Positions 29,877 through 40,226 of a stretch of 64,000 nucleotides of DNA are shown here, one piece after another. This stretch comes from a virus. Position 1 is the first letter of the stretch, and each line of letters starts with the position of its first letter. Below the pieces are notes generated by a model that was given only the letters and a program-made list of their open reading frames with translations, was not told where the DNA came from and did no database searches. Both the position numbers and the translations under genes were made by a program. The stretch spans positions 1 to 64,000 of the IMG/VR virus record IMGVR_UViG_3300031521_000043; one strand, 5' to 3'.

Positions 29877-30884
29877 TTATATAGGACTGGAATCCCAATA
29901 TGTAGGCCCACATGTTATTATACTTGCATCCCAGTTATTTATATCTGTATCCCAATAAACAGATGATGCTGCTGTAATCGTTATTGCCGGTGTATACGAA
30001 GATGTACCAGCAGGATTTACTGCAAACATTCGATACCAATAAGTTACACTATGAGAAATGTTTGAGTCTGTGTAACTATATGACATACCATTAAATAATT
30101 GGTTGTATAACACTCCATCAGTAGACTTTTCTATTACATAACTTGTTACCAACCAATTGTTTACATTCCAACTAATTATTGAAGATGTAGCGCAAACGTT
30201 ATACAATACTGACATAATTGGCATATCAGGACGGTTAATTGCATCATAGAAATCACAATAATTTAAACTTCCTGTTACAAAGCCATTTACAAATTCTCCT
30301 ATTTCCTGTTGATGTGCAAAAATATTTTTTCCGGCGAATAAGTTACAATTTCCATCATCAGTTATTAAATAATCATTGTCTGTGGTTTTATCATATATTA
30401 CAATTGTATTTGGAATCATTTTTTCCCCATATACTAATTGTGGTATTTCAAACATTTTAAATTTATCTGCGAGAAATCTTTTTGTTTGAGACTTATCAAA
30501 ATCTATTTGTTCAAGTCCCCATATCTTGGTAGGGTCGCGATAGTTGTTATAAAACATATTAACAACTTGAGAGTATACAACTCGTTGATATGTTCCATCA
30601 TTATTTTTTGGGTCGGAGTCAGGATAGAAGATTCCTGACAGTTTTAATCCATCACGATAACGAGCTAAATCATTGGTTTGATTTTCCAATGCAACATTAC
30701 AATTGCTTGCAGTCACAGGAAAATTAGGCCCAAAAATAAGATACTCTATCCCAACAGGCAAACCATCACTGCCACTATGTTCCATGAGGATAACATCCTC
30801 GTTTGTTACATTTGACAGTTCCCAATTTTTTGTAACAACGAACGGTGTGGTTTGTGTGTCATCTTTATGGAGTAACTTGAGCAT
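29877..30884 (-). CDS. Putative structural protein with C-terminal FN3-like domain
   Basis: YVIEKSTDG..YTDS..YWYRMFAVNPAGTS. Confidence 0.7.
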   Translation of the reverse strand: MLKLLHKDDTQTTPFVVTKNWELSNVTNEDVILMEHSGSDGLPVGIEYLIFGPNFPVTASNCNVALENQTNDLARYRDGLKLSGIFYPDSDPKNNDGTYQRVVYSQVVNMFYNNYRDPTKIWGLEQIDFDKSQTKRFLADKFKMFEIPQLVYGEKMIPNTIVIYDKTTDNDYLITDDGNCNLFAGKNIFAHQQEIGEFVNGFVTGSLNYCDFYDAINRPDMPIMSVLYNVCATSSIISWNVNNWLVTSYVIEKSTDGVLYNQLFNGMSYSYTDSNISHSVTYWYRMFAVNPAGTSSYTPAITITAASSVYWDTDINNWDASIITCGPTYWDSSPI

Positions 30885-30893
30885 TTCATTCTA

Positions 30894-32075
30894 TTAGAAA
30901 TCTAGTCTAACTTTGATAAGTAATTCGTTATCGAACGTTTTCACAGCTGGACGGCTCAATTTAGCAACGGCGACAAGTTCATTAGTATCATTATATAGAC
31001 CGACAGTTGTAATGTATGTAGTCGGATTTGAAATAAAATCTTGATTGTAAATCAATCCTGCGGAATGTACTCCATCCGTTCCATCATAAACATATGTTGG
31101 ATTGTTTGAATAGTTAAAATCACGATTCATAACTCTGATAAAATAGTTCAATGAAGGAACATATTCAGATTTACGAACTTTGATGGTGGCATTTGCGTTT
31201 TGTATTGCCCAAGCAAACACTTCATGGTTCCATGTGGTAGGAATTAAAGAACCGGAACTTTGTCCTGGTATTGCAATTCCGTCTATACTGTTTGTTGTAT
31301 AATTAGCCGGACATACTTTGCCATTTGGAGCAGTAGAACCTGATACACCATTTAGACCAATTAAATTATTAATTGTAGATGCATTAAATACAACAACACC
31401 ATCATCTGGATAGAACAATCCTATACCCTGATATGGTGGCAATGTTGTTGTGGAATCATTAATCGAACCTTGTATCAAATTGTACACAGATGATGCTTGA
31501 GATAAGAAAGGCGAATCATCACGAAGAGTGATAGACCCATTTGAACCTGATAATGTGATTTCAAAAACACCCTCGTCAATTTTATCTTTCATCTTATAAG
31601 AAGAAAAATTAATTACAAAAATATCTCTCGATTTAATCATCGTTGGATTTGCTGCGCTTCCTGATGCAAATTGAAATAGTCCAGATTCTCCTTCGCCCAA
31701 AAGTAAGTTTTGATATTGTGTATAAATTGCTTTTGGCGCAAAAGCTTTAATACTTGCAGTATCAAGATTAAAAGTTCCACTGCCAGATGCTTCGCAGTCA
31801 TAATTTCCATATGCAACAGACATATATGGGTCATTATTAGATAACGTAGTTGAATCTGGAAACATATCAACATAGTACATTGTTCTACGAATATCATAAA
31901 TTGATGTTCCATATGATGGTGATGGTGTAACAGATGATTGCGTCAAAGCATAAAAATTGTCTGTTAATCCGCTTTGGCTGATAAATGTGATTCCATCAGG
32001 CCAAAATCCACTATCGATACGATTCGTTCTTCCTGCAACGATGTCTGTATTTGCGTTTAATTGATTAAATATCAT
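30894..32075 (-). CDS. Putative baseplate structural protein
   Basis: FNYSNNPT and YITTVGLYND..LVAVAKLSRP; C-terminus shared with 24779-27469. Confidence 0.7.
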   Translation of the reverse strand: MIFNQLNANTDIVAGRTNRIDSGFWPDGITFISQSGLTDNFYALTQSSVTPSPSYGTSIYDIRRTMYYVDMFPDSTTLSNNDPYMSVAYGNYDCEASGSGTFNLDTASIKAFAPKAIYTQYQNLLLGEGESGLFQFASGSAANPTMIKSRDIFVINFSSYKMKDKIDEGVFEITLSGSNGSITLRDDSPFLSQASSVYNLIQGSINDSTTTLPPYQGIGLFYPDDGVVVFNASTINNLIGLNGVSGSTAPNGKVCPANYTTNSIDGIAIPGQSSGSLIPTTWNHEVFAWAIQNANATIKVRKSEYVPSLNYFIRVMNRDFNYSNNPTYVYDGTDGVHSAGLIYNQDFISNPTTYITTVGLYNDTNELVAVAKLSRPAVKTFDNELLIKVRLDF

Positions 32076-32089
32076 ATGCTATGTTTCTG

Positions 32090-32731
32090 TTATACTGTGG
32101 TTGGAACAGTCACCGTGACTTCAATACTCAAACTTCCTCCGGATTCATTTCCGATGATTGTTAAAGTTGTAGAAGTAGTCTGTCCCAAACTACTGTTTGG
32201 AATAAATCTGAACGTTTGACCGACAACGACCTGTGCGCTGGTCGTATTAATATCTCCTGCAAATGTTGGAATTGTACTAGATACAGAGTTGATAGAATTT
32301 GCTTGGTCTACAATTAACACTCCGACGTTTTTATTTCCTAAAATTGCCGTATAACCTAATGTCAAATTGTATGCCGGATTTGTTGATGGAGAAATTGAAA
32401 TAGTTCCTGTATAACTACTTGGAACGGAAATTTTATCTTGTGCAATGCTAATTACAGGAATTGTTGTTACACCTTGATTCAAACTAACCAATTTGTATTT
32501 CATTACCTGAGTTTCGTCGGACACAGGTTCGAATACAGGAGTATTTCTTATAGCGATATCATAAAACGCACTACCGTTTGGATGATTTGGCTGATAAAGT
32601 GTATAATCAATTTCATCATCGGCTAATCCAAAACTGGTGATGCTAAGATTGCCATTTTGCGCTAAAAGTTGACGACCTTTGGTTGTCAAAATTGCATCTA
32701 CTGTTATTGTTGTATTGTCTACGTATGCCAT
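32090..32731 (-). CDS. Putative virion structural protein
   Basis: MAYVDNTTITVDAILTTKGRQLLA..FGLADDEIDY; tail-module context. Confidence 0.7.
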   Translation of the reverse strand: MAYVDNTTITVDAILTTKGRQLLAQNGNLSITSFGLADDEIDYTLYQPNHPNGSAFYDIAIRNTPVFEPVSDETQVMKYKLVSLNQGVTTIPVISIAQDKISVPSSYTGTISISPSTNPAYNLTLGYTAILGNKNVGVLIVDQANSINSVSSTIPTFAGDINTTSAQVVVGQTFRFIPNSSLGQTTSTTLTIIGNESGGSLSIEVTVTVPTTV

Positions 32732-32813
32732 ATCGTTTATTCCTAAGTTTTAATTCACACTATTACATAAATAGAATGATTTCACCATTTCGTGTCCGTT
32801 TTTATGGTTTTGT

Positions 32814-35800
32814 TTATGTTAGATAATGTTTATCTTTTATATTTTTACCCTGTTTTGACTTATTTCCGATGTTAAGCTGTCCTGTAGTTGGGGTGACGGT
32901 ACCTGCCACAGAAGATGGAATGTTCTGAATCACGTTGGTCGTATTGATTATGTTTACATTACTTGTATCGGACGTTTGTACAGGATAACTACCATCATTA
33001 ATACCTTGTTCGTTGATAGTTGTATTGATTGTCTGTCTTCCTTTTATAAAAATACCTTGACTAATTGTTCCATATTTCGTTTTAGAAAACTGTTGCGCTT
33101 TATGAATATAATGATTTCTAGGATATCCTGTCACTAATTCAAAATATTGTGCGACCGAGTTCAAATTTAATGAAAAGTTTGTTTTTAATATTGGTGTAAG
33201 ACTGTTAGCTATTGCAAATATATTACTTACTTTTTGGTCAGGAGTGTTTAAGAACGTATTAACTGCATGTAAGTATGAGTTATTCACAGCATCGTAGTTA
33301 TATGATAAACTAGACGAATTATAGACGGACAAATATATTTGGTCTGTAAAATATACCAAATTTCTCATATAATACTCATCAACAACAATATATTTATAAA
33401 GATATATAGATGCCGATGCGTATGTATTTTCCAAAGGATTTGTAGTATGGGTATAATTTCCGGTCTTTGTATAGTAATAATACTTATCCCACACTTTTAA
33501 CATATAATAAACTATAGGATGATTTCCGTGATTTGACCCTGAGAAAAATTTATTAGAATAGTTTACACCTTGGTCTGGTCCAATTAAAAATCTACCATTA
33601 TCTCCTGGTTGGTTTGTTACCGAACCATTAATTGGTCGAGTATATCCTACTGGTAAAGTTCCAGTAGAAGATGTCTCCCACAATCTAGGGAGAGTTTCAA
33701 AATTTGGATAAAATCCTTGTTGAACGTTATCCATACAGTCAGTGTAATATCCGTCATTAAAGTTACATTGCCAACTGCGGACTGGATTGCCTGTATATCT
33801 TAAATCAAAGACTGTGTTGTAGTTTGGAGGCATCGAATTTGACATAGATATTTGCAAACTTGGATTTGAGTCGTTGATTTTAGAAAAATCCGTATTGAAA
33901 TTTATCCATAGAGGAACGGTATCAAATTTATAAATGTTGTTTATAATAGACTGTCTAGTCGATTGATATGATATTTGCGCACTGGATGTCAAAGGTCTGT
34001 TTTGATATTTTGGTCTTTCTAATAACGTTGGTTCTACCACAACGCCCATATACGCATTGGCTCTTGCTGGAATGATATTTTTTATTGCTTGAAAAATCGA
34101 CTTATCAAAATAGAACTTATAAACTGTCAATAATTCATTGAAATATGTTCTTTTGTTTCCGTTTAAGTTGTATTGATAATTTTTATTTCTTAAATCATAA
34201 TATCTATCACTATAAAGATTTGATGGGTCGCCTAAAAACTCCATGATACCAGTTTTACCAACATATCTCAAAATATCTTTGTTCTTCGAATCTTGGGGGT
34301 CAATAAAAAATCCTAGTTGATTGGATTCTCCTGAAACAGACGAATCAGGTTCACTAGTAGACCTATTAAATGAATCTAATCTAGCATCTAATGTATAACT
34401 CAATCTGTTAATTTTTAGATTTTTGTATTTGTTTGGGCCATATTTTGATGCGTTTATGTTTTGTTCATAAGTTAATTCATCGAATTGATATGGATATACC
34501 GATTGTGACACCCAACTACACACAGGCGCACCTACGAATGATGCTGAGAATGCATTTCCTATTGCGGCTGGAAAGTTATAAGCAATAATATCTACCGAGC
34601 CTGTCGGATAATACGCTCTCCATACATTGTTTATAATGTTAACTGACGCAGAATATAATGTAGGATTGACTGTTGTAAATGTATTATTTGTATAATAATT
34701 TGGAATATTGTAGTATGCGGAATCATTACTTACCCAAACTTTACCTGTATTTGAATACATATTTTGTGGATAATCCCAATTAAGTCTTATCCATAAATTT
34801 TGGTCTGCCACAGACCCGCTATAACCATACGAATTTAAATCGTTTACGTGTTCTTCGAAATCTGCGTTGTCAATTGGAACATCCCAAATTGATAACTTAT
34901 CCAACGTCCCTTTTAAATTTCCGTTTGTTAACCTAAACCTCCCCCATTGAGAGAAGATTTTGTTATCATCATTGTAAAGTATGGCGCTGGACGTTGAATA
35001 GAAAATTCTATTTCCACGTTCGTTTCTTTGAACGGTCAAATCATATTCTAATGGAATTTCGTTAATGTCTAATGCCGGCTCAAATAACGAATCCGGCTGA
35101 TTTCTTCTAACCATTACACTAAAAATATCTCCATTAAATATTGGTAATGCGCTACTTGTTATTGAAGTTCCAGAAGAACCAGAACCCATTTGAAATATCA
35201 CTTTACCTGTAGATTGGCCAGGAACTTTATAGAATCCAACAGTCCAATTAAAGTTCGCTGAACTGGTGAATTGATATGGGATGCTTGTAAATAATGGAAC
35301 ATATGTGAAATCTTCATATACATCCGATGTTAGTTTATCTATAGAAAACTTAAATTCTACAGTATTAGTTGAATATGGAATTGGGCCTTCAATGTAATCT
35401 CCTATACCAGAAAAATTTAACATGTAAGTTTTTTCATCCAACGCATAAGTTGGAGATGTATCGTCGGCATAATCGGTTCCGCCGTATTCCCGAACAGTTA
35501 TCATCGATGATGGCAATCCATAACATGACATCAAATAATTAACACACTCCAAAGTTCCTTTGGTCTTATACAATCCAGGCAAACTTACTAAAATACGATT
35601 CCAAATAGTTTGTAATCTTTGTTGTCCTGACAACGCATTATAAGATGCTGAATCCATGCTGTTCAGATACACTTCGTCAATATCCAATGAACCAATAATA
35701 TCATCAACATTCCACCCAAATGAATACAACATTTCTTTTAAAGTATTGTTTGGAATGCTTGATGTTAATTCGTTTCTTACTTGCCTTTCTATAGGCATAG

Positions 35801-37661
35801 CAGAAATATATGTATAGATGTTATCGAAATGATGACCTGCCATGTTTAAGAACGTCAAATAATCGGAATTGTTTGAATCGGTTCTGATATAATCAGGAAC
35901 ATTTGTATATAAACTATCTCTGTTATTTCTGTCGTATAAATTAGCTCTTAAATCTTCATCTGATACATAACTTGCGCTATAAAATGTACTAGATACTGCG
36001 TTATATTTATACTTTCCATTGTTAAAAAGATAAGAATCAAATCCATCAAAAGAGTTTACAATTTGCGTTGTTTGTAAAGTTAAGTCTGCATATTCTTTTG
36101 AATAGTATGGGTATGATACTGATGATGATAATGAAACATCATACCGTCTGTTTAATTCAGATATAGACGAACTTAAAATAGTCCATTGAATCATCTTATT
36201 TTTGAAAATACTAAGACGATTTTGCGCAGATGAAAAAACAATAAAGTTAGAATAATCGCTGTAATCCGTATTTAATTCGGCAATTTTTTTGTTAACTTGA
36301 ACATTATCATTTGTATTGGCATTACTTGTTAAATCATCGGACGAATACAATTGGTTTGTATTTTCTTTATTAATTAAATTTTGTGGCGAACCAAAATTTG
36401 GCGGAGAAATTTTTATAGTCTGATATTTTACCGGATTCTGAATGATTACCGTAAAGATATAAGGCGTCATACCGAAGTTTGATACCCAACATGTATCTTT
36501 AACAGAAATATCATAAGGCAATGCCTCAGATAACTTTATAATTAACGTTAATGGGTCGGTTGGAGATGTCTTCTCATCAATATACGCCGTATTTAATATT
36601 GAAAAATATCTGTTATTTCCAAAATTTAAAACATTTTTAAACTGTCCAAAATATTTTGTTTCATAACTTTGTTTCAATGGAGTAACTGAAACATCATAAA
36701 AATATGTAACAAAATAATCATAACAAAATTGACGCATGTCACTATAATTTTTGTCTTGAGAATTCAAAAATTGATTAAATACTTCATCTAATCTGGTGTT
36801 TACAAAGTTAATGTAAAGATTACGTATATCATCAAAATCGGCAATCTGTTCATAATTTTGTAATAAAAAGTTGTTATAATACGTTTTTATACCTTGTATT
36901 CTTGTAAGAGTTGACGAAGATGTACTAATATTCGTTATAGTTGGAGATGAATATTTTATAAAATCCTCATACAAATTTCTTAAGAAAGTTATTATAGAAC
37001 CATCATCAGTAAGAAAGAAAACGAATTTTAAATATGATATACCGGCTTGATAAGTGTTTAACGAACTCATCTTCTTATAAACACTATCATATGAAAAATT
37101 TTTAGATATTGACAATAATACCGAAGCAACATCTTTTATTGGAAACTTTTTTATACAAAAAGAATTATATTGTATATCAGATTTTTGAGATGGTATCAAC
37201 TTGATTTCAGTTCTTGACGTTGATATATCTTTAATTGTTAATGATGAAGATATGCTTCCTGCTATATTTCTTACAAAATTATAACCGACTACATAGTTTC
37301 CTTCTGTAATTCCTATTTGATTTAAATCGGACGAAGGTTGAATTAATATTTTATCATTCTTGTAAAACGTAAAAGGATTTACAAGTTGATTGTATGAATA
37401 GGTCGTCGGCGTATTTAAACTATTCAAATATGTTAATGTAATAGTTTGAAAATTTTTATCTTGGTCTAAAATTCCCCAAGCTACTTGAGTTTGGTCATCT
37501 GTAGAATATGAAGAAACTTCAATTGCGTCATTTGAAGACAATCCAAACCATATATCTGAACTCTGAGAGACATAAAACAAAGAAGTATCATTACTGTCCA
37601 GATATGAGCCGGATTTAATGCTTCCTGTGTATTCTCCTAAAACTGGGTATGGTAATGACAT
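32814..37661 (-). CDS. Large baseplate/tail protein (wedge-like domain plus LamG-like region)
   Basis: 1615 aa; LYKTKGT..LMSCYG..VREYGG and IKNIIPARA motifs. Confidence 0.7.
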   Translation of the reverse strand: MSLPYPVLGEYTGSIKSGSYLDSNDTSLFYVSQSSDIWFGLSSNDAIEVSSYSTDDQTQVAWGILDQDKNFQTITLTYLNSLNTPTTYSYNQLVNPFTFYKNDKILIQPSSDLNQIGITEGNYVVGYNFVRNIAGSISSSLTIKDISTSRTEIKLIPSQKSDIQYNSFCIKKFPIKDVASVLLSISKNFSYDSVYKKMSSLNTYQAGISYLKFVFFLTDDGSIITFLRNLYEDFIKYSSPTITNISTSSSTLTRIQGIKTYYNNFLLQNYEQIADFDDIRNLYINFVNTRLDEVFNQFLNSQDKNYSDMRQFCYDYFVTYFYDVSVTPLKQSYETKYFGQFKNVLNFGNNRYFSILNTAYIDEKTSPTDPLTLIIKLSEALPYDISVKDTCWVSNFGMTPYIFTVIIQNPVKYQTIKISPPNFGSPQNLINKENTNQLYSSDDLTSNANTNDNVQVNKKIAELNTDYSDYSNFIVFSSAQNRLSIFKNKMIQWTILSSSISELNRRYDVSLSSSVSYPYYSKEYADLTLQTTQIVNSFDGFDSYLFNNGKYKYNAVSSTFYSASYVSDEDLRANLYDRNNRDSLYTNVPDYIRTDSNNSDYLTFLNMAGHHFDNIYTYISAMPIERQVRNELTSSIPNNTLKEMLYSFGWNVDDIIGSLDIDEVYLNSMDSASYNALSGQQRLQTIWNRILVSLPGLYKTKGTLECVNYLMSCYGLPSSMITVREYGGTDYADDTSPTYALDEKTYMLNFSGIGDYIEGPIPYSTNTVEFKFSIDKLTSDVYEDFTYVPLFTSIPYQFTSSANFNWTVGFYKVPGQSTGKVIFQMGSGSSGTSITSSALPIFNGDIFSVMVRRNQPDSLFEPALDINEIPLEYDLTVQRNERGNRIFYSTSSAILYNDDNKIFSQWGRFRLTNGNLKGTLDKLSIWDVPIDNADFEEHVNDLNSYGYSGSVADQNLWIRLNWDYPQNMYSNTGKVWVSNDSAYYNIPNYYTNNTFTTVNPTLYSASVNIINNVWRAYYPTGSVDIIAYNFPAAIGNAFSASFVGAPVCSWVSQSVYPYQFDELTYEQNINASKYGPNKYKNLKINRLSYTLDARLDSFNRSTSEPDSSVSGESNQLGFFIDPQDSKNKDILRYVGKTGIMEFLGDPSNLYSDRYYDLRNKNYQYNLNGNKRTYFNELLTVYKFYFDKSIFQAIKNIIPARANAYMGVVVEPTLLERPKYQNRPLTSSAQISYQSTRQSIINNIYKFDTVPLWINFNTDFSKINDSNPSLQISMSNSMPPNYNTVFDLRYTGNPVRSWQCNFNDGYYTDCMDNVQQGFYPNFETLPRLWETSSTGTLPVGYTRPINGSVTNQPGDNGRFLIGPDQGVNYSNKFFSGSNHGNHPIVYYMLKVWDKYYYYTKTGNYTHTTNPLENTYASASIYLYKYIVVDEYYMRNLVYFTDQIYLSVYNSSSLSYNYDAVNNSYLHAVNTFLNTPDQKVSNIFAIANSLTPILKTNFSLNLNSVAQYFELVTGYPRNHYIHKAQQFSKTKYGTISQGIFIKGRQTINTTINEQGINDGSYPVQTSDTSNVNIINTTNVIQNIPSSVAGTVTPTTGQLNIGNKSKQGKNIKDKHYLT

Positions 37662-37664
37662 ATT

Positions 37665-38150
37665 TTATCCTAATGTTGGGGTTTGTGATTCCAATGGAAT
37701 TGGGAGATACGGATAAACATCTTGAAAATCACTTGTTAACGACCCTTGACCTAATTGAATTCTCAAATTTATAATTGTATTTTTTATAGATTGTGCATCA
37801 GCTGACCCGCTGTTCATTTCACTGGAAATAATCAAATTTTGTAATTGGTTTTGTAACTGGACATTCTGATAAGTTACCGCATTAATTTGGTCAATCGCAT
37901 CTTGTGGAAATATAGACGCAGTCAATGTTGAACTGGTTATAGTTGTTGGAATAAATTCAGTAAAAGTAGAGTCATAAAATGATTCTATTCTTGATGTGTT
38001 GTAAATGTAATTTCTCAATGGAATTGAGAAATATACCTGTTGAAATACAGATGATGATGGATTTACAATTTCGTTGCCAACAACATCAAAAATGTATGTG
38101 TAGGTTCCGTTTGTCGTAAAATCTGCTATCTGTTGGCTAAAATCTGTCAT
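37665..38150 (-). CDS. Hypothetical structural protein
   Basis: 161 aa, within the operon. Confidence 0.6.
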   Translation of the reverse strand: MTDFSQQIADFTTNGTYTYIFDVVGNEIVNPSSSVFQQVYFSIPLRNYIYNTSRIESFYDSTFTEFIPTTITSSTLTASIFPQDAIDQINAVTYQNVQLQNQLQNLIISSEMNSGSADAQSIKNTIINLRIQLGQGSLTSDFQDVYPYLPIPLESQTPTLG

Positions 38151-38152
38151 TT

Positions 38153-40225
38153 TTATCTCACAATCTTGAATATGTTACCTTTATCAAAAGTATATATCGT
38201 TCCGTTCTCTTCAACCCTGATTAAAAGTTTAAAATACCTCTCTTGTGGGTAACTTGTGGTGTCTAATAGGAAATAATTTCCATTTTGGTCACAACTTATC
38301 TGGGTATAATTATCGAAATCAAGTATTATTTGCTCAGTTTCGTTATCTTTAATCGCGTAGTATGATGATGATGGTAAGTATTGTGGTGTTAAAAATTGTG
38401 TAAATTGAGTTTGACGATTGAAATTTTTCAATGGAAATTGTTGACGACCAAATACGTTTATCTTAATAACATCACCTGACTTTACAGAAGATGGGATGTT
38501 TTGTAATACTGTTGTAAAAGGTTTTTGAACATTTACAGGCGATAAACTAGATGATGTTATGTTTAAACTACTTGTATAAAAATAACTAGAACTCAAAATA
38601 CTTCCTGAAAATGGCGCATATATTTGTGTTCCTTTTAATGGGCCTGTAGTAAATACACCACTAAAGGTTCCATAATTATATAATCCATAACTAGCCGAAA
38701 GATTTGTAATAGAACCAAATGCAGTTCCGTTAACATAATCTCCATAGAACGATACAAATAAAGCGGTAGGATATAATGGTTTAAATGGATAACTTGAACT
38801 CATATGAGTTCCTATTATCATAGATTCTTTCCAACTACCAATTAGTGTTCCATATCCAAGTATATATCCATTGATTAAACTTGAAGTAAATGTACTTCCG
38901 CTGAAATTTCCATCTATAATTATTCCCATCAAATATGAAGAAGTTACTTGGTATTCACTACAATTCGAACCTGAGAATCCTGGGCCAAATTCTTGTTGAT
39001 ACAAATGGTCGCTTGTCCAATCGTATTGGTTAAATGTATTAAATTCATGACCCCAACCGTAAATGTCATGTCCTTCATATTGTGTTTGATTTTGTCCTGG
39101 ACCAGGATAATTAAATCCTGCGCCAAACTGTGGTGTACAAGCTTGACAAGTGTGTGTTATAGTATCAATTGAGTGACTTATTGACCCTGAAAAATTGCCC
39201 ACTATAGACATACTAACTATTAATCCGTTTACTCCTGTAGCTATCATCAACCCACTAGCGTTTTCAAAAAAGAATGACGATGTTGTCATTGAAGAAGTAT
39301 CATAACTAGATGAGAAACTTGAACTGAATGTTATGTTTGCAAAACCCGTAAATCCTCCATATAACGAACCGCTTATAGAAGCGCTGTCAGATACCGTGGC
39401 CAAAAGTCCGGCATCAATAGATGAAATATTTGCGCTGGCTGTTATTATACTTCCTGTTGACCAAGAAAAATCATTAGACCAACCAACATCTAAAACTGGT
39501 TCATAAATTGTATTTGTATCTTTACTAAAGAAATACAATCCAAAACCTGAGCCCGTTGATTGAAATTCATCACTACTAATTAAAACTATACCGTTATTTT
39601 GGACAGTTCCATTTATCCAAGCATTTACGATTGGTGTAACGTCCATATTAATATCACCGACCTGATAATCGAATGATTGTGTCACGGAAATAGATTGGAT
39701 ATAAGATGAACCGGTAGTCGTCCAAGGAGTTCCGTTTTTAAAATCTCTATAAATCCAGCTTGCGCCGGCCGTAGACCCATTATCAGAAATATATCCGTCC
39801 CCCATCACCCAACTTTGTGAAATTGGAAACGCATAAATATTATATCTAATAGGTAATTCCATCTCTCTTGCTACGTTTAATTTAAGTTTAAATTTAGGAT
39901 TTGTTATATCTCCGTCTGCAATAGATTTTGAAATTGATGTTACATCAAACTGAACCAATACTCTTTGAATATATGTGTTTACTACTGTTTTTTTAGAGTA
40001 ACTTCCAGTAGGATTATCACCCCAAGGAGTTATCCAATTATCCCAAGACGAAGATGGACAATATATATTTTCCCAATTTACTCCTATTTCTGTAGGTACC
40101 TGTATTGCTACTGTCGCAGCAGTTGTTCCTACTCGTAGAATTTCATCTATTCCAAAGTTTAAATCGGTGAATCCGGCGACATTAGTTATGAATGTGTCTT
40201 GTGATGGATAAATGAAATGATGCAT
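38153..40225 (-). CDS. Structural protein with DNRLRE-like domain
   Basis: RVLVQFDV, DVTPIVNAW..NNGIVL and FFSKDTNTIYEP motifs. Confidence 0.65.
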   Translation of the reverse strand: MHHFIYPSQDTFITNVAGFTDLNFGIDEILRVGTTAATVAIQVPTEIGVNWENIYCPSSSWDNWITPWGDNPTGSYSKKTVVNTYIQRVLVQFDVTSISKSIADGDITNPKFKLKLNVAREMELPIRYNIYAFPISQSWVMGDGYISDNGSTAGASWIYRDFKNGTPWTTTGSSYIQSISVTQSFDYQVGDINMDVTPIVNAWINGTVQNNGIVLISSDEFQSTGSGFGLYFFSKDTNTIYEPVLDVGWSNDFSWSTGSIITASANISSIDAGLLATVSDSASISGSLYGGFTGFANITFSSSFSSSYDTSSMTTSSFFFENASGLMIATGVNGLIVSMSIVGNFSGSISHSIDTITHTCQACTPQFGAGFNYPGPGQNQTQYEGHDIYGWGHEFNTFNQYDWTSDHLYQQEFGPGFSGSNCSEYQVTSSYLMGIIIDGNFSGSTFTSSLINGYILGYGTLIGSWKESMIIGTHMSSSYPFKPLYPTALFVSFYGDYVNGTAFGSITNLSASYGLYNYGTFSGVFTTGPLKGTQIYAPFSGSILSSSYFYTSSLNITSSSLSPVNVQKPFTTVLQNIPSSVKSGDVIKINVFGRQQFPLKNFNRQTQFTQFLTPQYLPSSSYYAIKDNETEQIILDFDNYTQISCDQNGNYFLLDTTSYPQERYFKLLIRVEENGTIYTFDKGNIFKIVR

Positions 40226-40226
40226 A

